Shown: piece after piece, positions 16,546 through 24,704 of the stretch | Numbering within the stretch: position 1 is the first letter of the stretch | Layout: every line of letters starts with the position of its first letter | Source of the DNA: an uncultured Anaerolinea sp. | GTDB taxonomy: Bacteria; Chloroflexota; Anaerolineae; Anaerolineales; Villigracilaceae | Direction: 5' to 3' | Assembly (NCBI GenBank): GCA_964511765.1 | Contig: CAZEGE010000001.1 | Location: 41,728-105,727 of the forward strand | DNA: 64,000 nucleotides | Program-made: the position numbers and the translations under genes | Notes under the pieces: model-generated | Seen by the model: only the letters and a program-made list of their open reading frames with translations | What the model was told of the DNA's origin: nothing | Databases searched by the model: none

Positions 16546-17106
16546 ATGAGTAACAAACGCGCCTGGATCAATGTCGTTCCCGAGGGAGAAGCGCAAGGCG
16601 AATTGAAGGCTTTGTACGAACAGGAATTCGATTCCGAAAAACAGGGAACAGATAATATCCTGGCGGTCCACTCGCTGAATCCGCCCACCCTGCGCGCTCA
16701 CGCCGATCTTTATCATACGGTGATGCACGCGAAGAGTCCGCTCAGCCGCTCGGAGCGTGAGATGGTGGCGGTGGTGGTCAGTGTCATCAATCAATGTCAT
16801 TATTGAATTGTGCATCATTCGCGCGGTCTGCTGCGATTTGTGAAGAGACCTGAACTGGTTGAAGCCTTGAAAAACGATTACCGCACCGCAGAGTTGATCC
16901 CGCGACAGCGCGCCCTGCTGGATTATGCTGATAAGCTTACGCGTGAACCCTGGTCTATGGCTGAGTCAGATCTTGAGCCTTTGCGAGAGGCCGGTTTGGA
17001 TGATCGCGGCATCCTTGACTTGAATCAGGCGGTGGCATATTTTGCCTATGTCAATCGTGTCGCGGATGGTTTGGGCGTCGCCGTCGACGAATACGCGTTT
17101 AAATAA
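16546..17106 (+). CDS. AhpD-like peroxidase-related selenoprotein (C-H-Y-U, UGA recoded at 16804-16806)
   Basis: ORFs 16546-16806 and 16810-17106 share a frame. Joined they read SVINQCHY*IVHHSRGL, where the family has CxxC. A SECIS-like hairpin follows the TGA. Confidence 0.85.
16807..16840 (+). promoter_or_regulatory. Bacterial SECIS element
   Basis: TCGC-GC-[GGTCT]-GC-T-GCGA hairpin (16819-16836). Loop G and U lie at +23/+24 counting the U of UGA as +1. Confidence 0.75.
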
Positions 17107-17107
17107 T

Positions 17108-17410
17108 ATGATGAGTGACTTGTTCGTAATAATTATCTTTGGCTGGCCTGCGGTCATTACATCCATATTGCTTTCGATTGTAGGTTTATTGTTGATGAAG
17201 CCAAAGTTCTTAATAGTCGCTGGAATTGTATGCGTCCCTTTTACATATTATGCCAGCAACGGATTTCGCACTCCTGTTTTATTGCTGCCTCTGTTTCAAT
17301 TGATCTCAGCTTATGCAATTGAACGTCAAAATAATTTCATGGCCTGGCTGCTGGTTATGCCATTGATCATTTTTTCGGTGGCGCTTGCTATTTCTGTTTT
17401 GACACAATAG
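17108..17410 (+). CDS. Small hydrophobic membrane protein
   Basis: About 100 aa with several hydrophobic segments. Start moved to ATG 17108, after the selenoprotein stop. Confidence 0.6.
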   Translation: MMSDLFVIIIFGWPAVITSILLSIVGLLLMKPKFLIVAGIVCVPFTYYASNGFRTPVLLLPLFQLISAYAIERQNNFMAWLLVMPLIIFSVALAISVLTQ

Positions 17411-17435
17411 TTGAATGTCCAGTTATGGAGAATTT

Positions 17436-19226
17436 ATGACCTCATCCACAAAACTCACTCGTACCCTTGTTGACGTAGCCATGGGACGCACCCAGGCCGA
17501 CCTTGTCATTCGGGGAGGTAAATGGGTGAGTGTGCAATCGGGTGAGGTCGTCCCGGATACCGATATTGCCATTGTGGCGGGTCACGTCGCTTACGTCGGG
17601 CGTGATACCAGTCATGCAATTGGAAAAAAGACAAAAGTCATCGAGGCCAGAGGGCGTTATCTTGTGCCCGGCCTTCTGGATGCGCATATGCACGTTGAAT
17701 CCGGCATGGTCACAGTGACAGAGTATGTGCGCGCGGTGGCAGTGCATGGAACGACCGGCATGTTCATCGACCCGCACGAGATCGCCAACGTCTTTGGTCT
17801 CAAAGGTGTGAAGTTAATGGTGGACGAGGCTCGCAAACAGCCCGTCCATGTCTGGGTACAAATGCCCTCTTGTGTTCCATCTGCGCCGGGGTTTGAAACA
17901 CCGGGTTCATCCATTGGCCCGAGGGAAGTGGCGGAAGCCATGAGCTGGAAGGGCATCATTGGCTTGGGAGAGATGATGAACTTCCCCGGCGTGTTCATGG
18001 GCGATAAAAAAATGCTGGAAGAAATGTCCGTGACGCATGCGGCAGGGAAGGTGATTGGCGGGCATTATGCCTCGCCGGACCTCGGCCTTCCGTTTCACGG
18101 GTATGTCGCGGGCGGCGCGGAGGACGACCACGAAGGCACTCGCCTGGATGATGCGGTCGCGCGTGTCAGGCAGGGTATGAAAGCCATGCTGCGTTACGGG
18201 TCCGCCTGGCATGACGTGGCGGCTCAGGTCAAAGCCATAACCGAAAAGAAATTGGATGCGCGCCGCTTCATCCTTTGCACCGATGATTCCCACGCGGCAA
18301 CGCTCACGCAGGAAGGTCACATGGACCGCGTGCTGCGCCATGCAATTTCGGAAGGTTTAAATCCGATGACTGCCATTCAAATGATGACCATCAATGCCGC
18401 CGAGCATTTCGGTCTTACCAAGGAAATGGGTATGATCGCGCCCGGCCGCTGGGCGGACCTGCTCCTGGTTGAGGATTTGATGAATTTCAAGGCCGATCTG
18501 GTCATCGCCAAAGGACAGGTCATTGCCGAGAATGGTGAATTGCAGGTCAAATTGCCCGTGGTCAAGTATCCCAAATGGGCCACCAATTCTGTGCATTTGA
18601 AGAGAAATCTCAAAGCGGAGGATTTTGCCCTGCGGACGAGAGCAAACGACGGAGTGGAGATTGAGGCGCATGTCATCGGTGTGATCGAGAATCAGGCGCC
18701 GACCCGCCATCTCAGGATGAAGGTCAAGGCAGACGCTGGCGAAGTCAAAGCGGATCTGAAACGCGACCTCGCGAAGATCGCGCTGGTGGAACGTCATCGC
18801 GCAACAGGCAAGGTCACGGTGGGATTGGTGAGCGGATTTGAATTCACAAGGAAGTGCGCGATCGGCTCGACAGTGGCGCATGACAGCCATCACATGATCG
18901 TGGTCGGAACTGATGATGAGAGCATGGCACTCGCTGCGAATGAACTGGCGAAATGCGGCGGCGGCCAGATTGTGGTGATCAACAGCGAAGTGGTTGGGCT
19001 GGTGGATTTGCCGATCGCGGGCTTGATGTCGAACGAGAGCGCGGATATTGTGGCGCAGAAAACCGCCTCGGTGCTTGAGGGTTTCAAGGCCTGCGGTTGT
19101 GAACTGAACAATCCGAATATGCAGTTAAGCTTAATGGCGCTGGTGGTCATACCTGAATTAAGGATTTCTGATAAGGGTCTTGTGGATGTAACCCAATTTG
19201 ATTTTGTGCCTGTGCTGGAAGATTGA
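17436..19226 (+). CDS. ade: Adenine deaminase
   Basis: PGLLDAHMHVES, DPHEIANV, GLGEMMN, DDHE, LCTDD, STVAHDSHH. RBS GGAG before 17436. Confidence 0.92.
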   Translation: MTSSTKLTRTLVDVAMGRTQADLVIRGGKWVSVQSGEVVPDTDIAIVAGHVAYVGRDTSHAIGKKTKVIEARGRYLVPGLLDAHMHVESGMVTVTEYVRAVAVHGTTGMFIDPHEIANVFGLKGVKLMVDEARKQPVHVWVQMPSCVPSAPGFETPGSSIGPREVAEAMSWKGIIGLGEMMNFPGVFMGDKKMLEEMSVTHAAGKVIGGHYASPDLGLPFHGYVAGGAEDDHEGTRLDDAVARVRQGMKAMLRYGSAWHDVAAQVKAITEKKLDARRFILCTDDSHAATLTQEGHMDRVLRHAISEGLNPMTAIQMMTINAAEHFGLTKEMGMIAPGRWADLLLVEDLMNFKADLVIAKGQVIAENGELQVKLPVVKYPKWATNSVHLKRNLKAEDFALRTRANDGVEIEAHVIGVIENQAPTRHLRMKVKADAGEVKADLKRDLAKIALVERHRATGKVTVGLVSGFEFTRKCAIGSTVAHDSHHMIVVGTDDESMALAANELAKCGGGQIVVINSEVVGLVDLPIAGLMSNESADIVAQKTASVLEGFKACGCELNNPNMQLSLMALVVIPELRISDKGLVDVTQFDFVPVLED

Positions 19227-19232
19227 GGTGAT

Positions 19233-19949
19233 ATGGCTAATTTTCCTTTTCAAAGAGTGCAGGTCGATCTGGCAGCGCTGATCGCTCGTTCGCCAGCGGG
19301 CCAGCGGCTTCCGTCCGAACCTGATCTTGCCAAACAACTTGGCGTTTCGCGCGCCACCTTGCGCGAGGCCATGCGTTCGTTTGAAACGCAGGGATTGATT
19401 CGCCGCAGGCAGGGTTCTGGAACTTTTGTGGTCGGCAAGATGCAGGTGCTGGATAGCGGCCTGGAAGTGCTTGAAAGCCTTGAGACGATTGCAATGCGCC
19501 TGGGGCTTGAGGTCTCTGTCAGTAATTTGAGCATCGAGCCGGCCGCTGCCGATGAAGAGCTGGTGAAGCTGCTGGATGTTGCGATGGGTGAAAAATTAAC
19601 TCGGGTCTGCCGCGTGGTGCGCACAGATAACAGACCCGTGGCATATCTTGAGGATATTCTGCCTGAGACCTTTCTCTCCTCGAAGGATTTACCCGAGGAT
19701 TTTCACGGTTCGGTTCTGGACTTTTTGCTGGGTCGCGGCGATGCTCTGGAATCTTCCCGCGCGAACGTCAGCGCCATCGGTGCAACAGCTGAAGTTGCCA
19801 AGGCGCTTGAGGTGCAGCGTGGCGACGTGTTATTGCATTTTTATTCACAGTTATATAATCGCAGCGGAAAAGTAGTGGATTATTCCCTTGGTTATTTTAT
19901 TCCCGGATATTTTCATTTCCATATCGTCCGGCGCGTAGGCATTACCTGA
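19233..19949 (+). CDS. GntR family regulator, HutC subfamily (HTH + UTRA)
   Basis: LPSEPDLAKQLGVSRATLREAM...RRQGSGTFV, then a C-terminal UTRA-type domain. Confidence 0.9.
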   Translation: MANFPFQRVQVDLAALIARSPAGQRLPSEPDLAKQLGVSRATLREAMRSFETQGLIRRRQGSGTFVVGKMQVLDSGLEVLESLETIAMRLGLEVSVSNLSIEPAAADEELVKLLDVAMGEKLTRVCRVVRTDNRPVAYLEDILPETFLSSKDLPEDFHGSVLDFLLGRGDALESSRANVSAIGATAEVAKALEVQRGDVLLHFYSQLYNRSGKVVDYSLGYFIPGYFHFHIVRRVGIT

Positions 19950-20003
19950 GCTTAAACTGATCGCGTACCTGCAATCAGCATATCAAATTCTTGAGGTGTT
20001 TTA

Positions 20004-21227
20004 ATGACAAAAGTGAACGACATAAAGAAAAAAGTACAGGACAATCGTGAAAATATTATTCAATTCTTGCGTGATATTGTTGCCATTCCCAGCATGGAAG
20101 GCCAATTGAAGGACGTCGGCGAGCGCATCCAGGCCGAGATGCTGAAACTAGGTTTCGACGAGGCGCGCTTCGACAAGATGGGCAACACCATCGGTCGCAT
20201 TGGCGACGGTCCCAAGGTGATCGTCTTCGACTCGCATATTGACACCGTGGGCGTCGGCGACCCCAGCGAATGGGAATGGGATCCGTTCAAGGGCAAGGTT
20301 GAGGACGGCGTTTTGTATGCGAGGGGTGCATGTGATGAAAAAGGCAGCACGCCCGGCATGGTGTATGGTATGGCAATTGCCCGCGATCTGGGTCTGCTCG
20401 ATGGCTACACCGCCTACTACTTCGGCAACATGGAAGAGTGGTGCGATGGCATCGCACCCAACGCCTTCGTCGAGACCGACCCCCGGGTGAAACCCGATTT
20501 CGTGGTCATCGGCGAGCCGACCAAGATGCAGGTCTACCGCGGGCATAAAGGGCGAATCGAATTGAAGGTCACCGCCACCGGGCGCTCAGCGCACGCGGCG
20601 TCGCACTACCTGGGCGACAACGCCGTGTACAAGATGATGGCGATCATCACGCAAATCCGCGAGTTGGATCGTCGGATGCGCTTCGGTATGGGCTATCATC
20701 CGGTGCAGGGATTTCCCTCAATCGCGGTGACCGATGTTTCGGCGCGCACGGCTTCACTCAACGCGGTGCCCGATCAGTTCACGATCTATATTGATCGCCG
20801 CATCACTTCGAACGAGCCGCACGACGCAGTGATTGAGCAGATCAAGGGACTGATCCCCGACTATTTGCAGGACGAAATTCACGTCGAAGAACTGTTCTAC
20901 GACGCGCCGTCCTACACAGGCTTCGTCTTTCCGGTGTTGAAGTTCTACCCGCCCTGGCTGCTGGATGACGCGCATCCATTGACGCAGGCGGGGCAGTGCA
21001 CTATCGAGACGCTGTGGGGCGAGAAGCGGATGCTGGGCACGTGGGACTTCTCGACCAACGGCACCTATTGGGCTGGCAAGGCGAATATCCCGTCCATCGG
21101 CTTTGGCCCTGGCGATGAGAAAACCGCGCACATGCGCCACGAAAACGTGTTGCTCGACGAGGTGGTACGCGCCACGGAGTTCTATGCGCTGTTGCCAAAA
21201 ATGTTGGCTGAACAAAGCCAAAAGTGA
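20004..21227 (+). CDS. ygeY: YgeY-family M20 metallohydrolase
   Basis: DSHIDTVGVGD, RGACDEKG, EEWCDG, GEPT, YRGHKGR, WDFSTNG, GFGPGDE...AH. Confidence 0.8.
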   Translation: MTKVNDIKKKVQDNRENIIQFLRDIVAIPSMEGQLKDVGERIQAEMLKLGFDEARFDKMGNTIGRIGDGPKVIVFDSHIDTVGVGDPSEWEWDPFKGKVEDGVLYARGACDEKGSTPGMVYGMAIARDLGLLDGYTAYYFGNMEEWCDGIAPNAFVETDPRVKPDFVVIGEPTKMQVYRGHKGRIELKVTATGRSAHAASHYLGDNAVYKMMAIITQIRELDRRMRFGMGYHPVQGFPSIAVTDVSARTASLNAVPDQFTIYIDRRITSNEPHDAVIEQIKGLIPDYLQDEIHVEELFYDAPSYTGFVFPVLKFYPPWLLDDAHPLTQAGQCTIETLWGEKRMLGTWDFSTNGTYWAGKANIPSIGFGPGDEKTAHMRHENVLLDEVVRATEFYALLPKMLAEQSQK

Positions 21228-21345
21228 GTTTGAAGGGTTGCCCCTTTTAATATTTAACGAAAAAATCAGGCCGAGAATCACACTTTAGAATTACAGGAGT
21301 CCACTATCATATCCACCATCTTCAACACAAATAAGGAGGTTCGTC

Positions 21346-22299
21346 ATGCGTAGTTTCAATGGTCGCGACATCTTGTCGCTCAAGGAATTCGAGCGCAATG
21401 AGTTTTTCCACGTGTTCGATGTGGCTCAGAAAATGGAGCCAATTGCACGCGCAAGAAAGAACGTGGATCTGCTCAAGGAGAAGACTCTGGTAACGGCTTT
21501 CTACCAGCCATCGACGCGCACGCGTCTGGCTCATGAATCGGCCATGCACCGCCTCGGCGGCCATGTCACGGGATTTTCAGATGCCAAGATGACCCGCGCC
21601 GGGGACTTCTACCAGGAGTCCATCAAGGATACGGTCAAGATGCTGGAGTACTATGGCGATGTGATCGTGATGCGCCATTTTCAGCAAGGCGCGCCGCATG
21701 AAGCCGCGAAGTGGGCGAGTGTGCCCATCATCAATGGCGGCGATGGCTGGGGCGAGCACCCGACGCAAATTCTCACCGACCTGTACACGGTTTTGCGTGA
21801 GAAAGGCCGCATTGATGGTCTCAAGTGGCTGGCGGTTGGCGATATGCGCATGCGAACTATGCACTCCCTCGGATATGCTTTGAGCCAGTTTGATTGCCCG
21901 ATCACATTTGTCGCTCCGCCGGAAATGGGACTCACCGATGAATTCAAGCAGGAACTCAAACAGTACAGCGTAAATTTCAAGGAAGCCGATCATGTTGAGA
22001 AAGCCATTGCAGAGGCAGATGTGATCCTGGTCGAGCCAGTTGTACAGCCAGATTACACAAAGTCTCGCGATGAGCGCACGGGCGAACTTAATTTGACGCC
22101 TGCGAACTACAAGATCACGCGCGAACTGCTGGAGACGAAAGCCAAGTCCGATGCCATCCTGCTTCACTCGCTCCCGCGCATGGACGAGATCCCAACTGAT
22201 GTGGATATCACACGCTGGTCGCGCTACTGGCAGGAAGCCTTCAACGGTGTCGTGATGCGAATGTCTTTGCTGGCGCTGGTCTTGGGCGCAACGGAATAA
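21346..22299 (+). CDS. Aspartate carbamoyltransferase-like enzyme with non-canonical acceptor site
   Basis: STRTR, VMRH, EHPTQ, RTMHSL and HSLPR present; the ATCase KGES and TRxQxER motifs are absent. Confidence 0.8.
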   Translation: MRSFNGRDILSLKEFERNEFFHVFDVAQKMEPIARARKNVDLLKEKTLVTAFYQPSTRTRLAHESAMHRLGGHVTGFSDAKMTRAGDFYQESIKDTVKMLEYYGDVIVMRHFQQGAPHEAAKWASVPIINGGDGWGEHPTQILTDLYTVLREKGRIDGLKWLAVGDMRMRTMHSLGYALSQFDCPITFVAPPEMGLTDEFKQELKQYSVNFKEADHVEKAIAEADVILVEPVVQPDYTKSRDERTGELNLTPANYKITRELLETKAKSDAILLHSLPRMDEIPTDVDITRWSRYWQEAFNGVVMRMSLLALVLGATE

Positions 22300-22327
22300 T
22301 AGTCGGCTAGTTGCTAGTCGGCTAGTC
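22300..22327. repeat. Short tandem repeat upstream of the four-helix-bundle gene
   Basis: TAGTCGGC-TAGTTGC-TAGTCGGC-TAGTC. Confidence 0.7.
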
Positions 22328-22341
22328 AAGGAGATGGCGCG

Positions 22342-22710
22342 ATGAGTACAGTCAAGAACTTCGAGGAGTTGCAGAGCTGGCAAAAGGCTAGGAGTTAGGC
22401 TGGGTATATTTACGAACTGACGCGGAAAGAAAAGTTTTCTCGTGACTGGGCTTTATGCAACCAGATACGAGATGCCGCAGGCTCTGTCATGCACAACATC
22501 GCCGAAGGTTTTGAAGCAGGCTATGACCCCGAATTTGCCCGTTTCCTGAAAATGGCAAGACGTTCAGCGGGCGAAGTCCAATCTGAACTGTATTTAGCCC
22601 TGGATGCCAGCTACATTACCAACGAGGAGTTGAAAAAGGCTTATGACCTTGCGGTAGAGACGAAAAAATTGATCAATGGAATGTTGAAATACCTGCGTAA
22701 TTCCGACTAA
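22342..22710 (+). pseudogene. Four helix bundle protein (23S rRNA IVS protein family) with in-frame TAG
   Basis: MSTVKNFEELQSWQKARS*AGYIYELT...NQIRDAAGSVMHNIAEGFE...FARFLKMARRSAGEVQSELY. TAG at 22396-22398; RBS AAGGAG. Confidence 0.8.
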
Positions 22711-22727
22711 CCGACTAGAAGGACTAG
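22703..22727. repeat. Short tandem repeat downstream of the four-helix-bundle gene, complementary to the upstream repeat
   Basis: CCGACTAA-CCGACTAG-AAGGACTAG. CCGACTA is the reverse complement of TAGTCGG. Confidence 0.7.
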
Positions 22728-22747
22728 AAGACAAGGAGACTAATAAT

Positions 22748-23737
22748 ATGCAAACAAATTTTCGTGGTCGTGATTTCATTGGCGACCTCGACTTCACAAA
22801 AGAGGAAGTCGAAACTGTTTTGGAAGTGGCCTGGGATCTTAAGCGCAAGCGCGCACTTGGCGAACCGCATCCATACCTGCGGGATAAGGTGCTGGCGATG
22901 CTCTTCTTCTTTTCATCCACACGCACACGTGGCTCGTTCGAGGCGGGCATGGCGCAGCTTGGCGGACACGGCGCTTTCATCGACAGCAATACAACCCAAA
23001 TTTCACACGGTGATACCCCGGTTGAAATTGGCGAGATCTTTGGCCGCTATTTTGACGGTATTGCCATCCGTCACTGCGATTACGGCGACGGAAACAAATA
23101 TCTAAATGCGGTGGCCAAGTCCAGCCGTGCGCCTGTCCTGAATATGCAATGCGATATTTATCACCCCTTCCAGTGCCTGGCTGATTTGATGACCATCATG
23201 GAAAAGAAGGGCAAGGATTTGCGCAAGAAGAAGATCGTAGTCTCATGGGCTTATGCCGCTTCCTACCTCAAGCCGATTTCTGTTCCCCAGTCTTTGATTT
23301 TGCAAATGCCGCGCTTTGGCATGGATGTGACGCTGGCTTATCCGCCTGAATTCTCATTGATGCCTGATATCGTTGAGCAGGCCAAGCAGCAGGCCAAGAT
23401 CGCCGGCACCAAGTTCGAGATCATTGACTCTAAAGATGGCATGACCGAAGCCTGCAAGAACGCGGACGTGATCTACGCCAAATCCTGGGGTCCGCTTTTG
23501 ACTACAAACGAGAAGGTTGAAGGCAAGAAACTGCAGGATATGTACAAAAATTGGATCATGGACGATGCCAAATTAAAGGTGGCCCACAAGGACGCCATCT
23601 ACATGCACCCGTTGCCTGCTGACCGCGATGTCGAAGTCACCAGCGATGTCCTGGATGGGCCGCAATCCGTGGTCTTTGATGAAGCTGAGAATCGCCTGCA
23701 CGCGCAGAAGGCCGTCATGGCGTTGACGATGGCGTAG
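22748..23737 (+). CDS. YgeW/AOTCase-like carbamoyltransferase
   Basis: SSTRTR, HPFQ, SWAYAASYLKPISVPQS, YAKSW, MHPLPADR, EAENRLH. Confidence 0.8.
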   Translation: MQTNFRGRDFIGDLDFTKEEVETVLEVAWDLKRKRALGEPHPYLRDKVLAMLFFFSSTRTRGSFEAGMAQLGGHGAFIDSNTTQISHGDTPVEIGEIFGRYFDGIAIRHCDYGDGNKYLNAVAKSSRAPVLNMQCDIYHPFQCLADLMTIMEKKGKDLRKKKIVVSWAYAASYLKPISVPQSLILQMPRFGMDVTLAYPPEFSLMPDIVEQAKQQAKIAGTKFEIIDSKDGMTEACKNADVIYAKSWGPLLTTNEKVEGKKLQDMYKNWIMDDAKLKVAHKDAIYMHPLPADRDVEVTSDVLDGPQSVVFDEAENRLHAQKAVMALTMA

Positions 23738-23745
23738 GAGAACGC

Positions 23746-24699
23746 ATGACCAATAAACTTGCAGTAATCGCCATCGGCGGCAACTCGCTTATCGTTGACG
23801 AAAAGAACGTAAGCGTTGAAAGCCAGTACAGGGCCGCAAAAGAGACTGCCGTTCATATTGCCGATATGATCGAGCAGGGTTGGGAAGTGGCAATCGGTCA
23901 TGGGAATGGTCCGCAGGTCGGATTCATCCTCAGACGTTCAGAAATTGCTGCGCGAGTCGAGGGGATGCACGAAGTCCCGTTGGATGTGTGCGGCGCGGAT
24001 AGCCAGGGTGCAATTGGGTATGCCCTCCAGCAAAACCTGCAAAACATTCTCTATCAGCGCGGCATCAAGAAGAAAGTGGTCACGGTCATTACGCAGACCC
24101 TTGTGGACAAAGCCGACCCGGCCTTCCAGAAACCGGCCAAGCCGATCGGCGGATTCATGACACAAGAGGAGGCCGAGCGCCGCCAGCGCGAACAAGGCTG
24201 GAGTGTGATCGAGGACGCCGGGCGCGGTTGGAGGCGTGTGGTCGCTTCGCCCCTGCCGAAAGAAATCGTTGAATTGGAAACCGTTCAAACTTTGCTGGAA
24301 AAGGGGATTGTTACCATTACGGTGGGCGGTGGCGGAATCCCGGTGATTGACCCCGGTGATGGAAATTACGAAGGTACTGCGGCGGTAGTGGATAAGGATT
24401 ATGCCTCGTCCCTGCTGGCGCGTGAAATTAAGGCTGATCTATTCGTCATCTCCACCGCGGTTGAAAAGGTTGCCATTAACTTTGGCAAGCCAGATCAAAA
24501 ATGGCTGGATAGAATAACACTTGCCGAGGCCAAGGCTTACCTGGCTGAAGGCATACACTTTGCCAAAGGCTCCATGGCTCCGAAGATTCAAGCTGTGATC
24601 TGGTATCTTGAGAACGGCGGCAAACAGGCGCTCATCACCAATCCTGAAAACATTGGCCGCGCGCTCAAAGGTGAAACAGGTACCTGGATCGAGCGATAG
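23746..24699 (+). CDS. arcC: Carbamate kinase
   Basis: VIAIGGNSL, HGNGPQVG, GWRRVVASPLP, AVVDKD, KGSMAPKI. Confidence 0.93.
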   Translation: MTNKLAVIAIGGNSLIVDEKNVSVESQYRAAKETAVHIADMIEQGWEVAIGHGNGPQVGFILRRSEIAARVEGMHEVPLDVCGADSQGAIGYALQQNLQNILYQRGIKKKVVTVITQTLVDKADPAFQKPAKPIGGFMTQEEAERRQREQGWSVIEDAGRGWRRVVASPLPKEIVELETVQTLLEKGIVTITVGGGGIPVIDPGDGNYEGTAAVVDKDYASSLLAREIKADLFVISTAVEKVAINFGKPDQKWLDRITLAEAKAYLAEGIHFAKGSMAPKIQAVIWYLENGGKQALITNPENIGRALKGETGTWIER

Positions 24700-24704
24700 T
24701 CTTA

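Noticed and set aside
21577-22383. Long antisense ORFs (e.g. 21577-22383, 27322-28023, 34623-35303, 2998-3717)
   Set aside because: They lie opposite well-supported genes, lack motifs, and are expected from codon bias in GC-rich genes.
22396-22398. In-frame TAG as pyrrolysine or programmed readthrough
   Set aside because: The position corresponds to a structural Leu (TTG to TAG is one base). No pyl genes or other in-frame TAGs were seen, so nonsense mutation is simpler.
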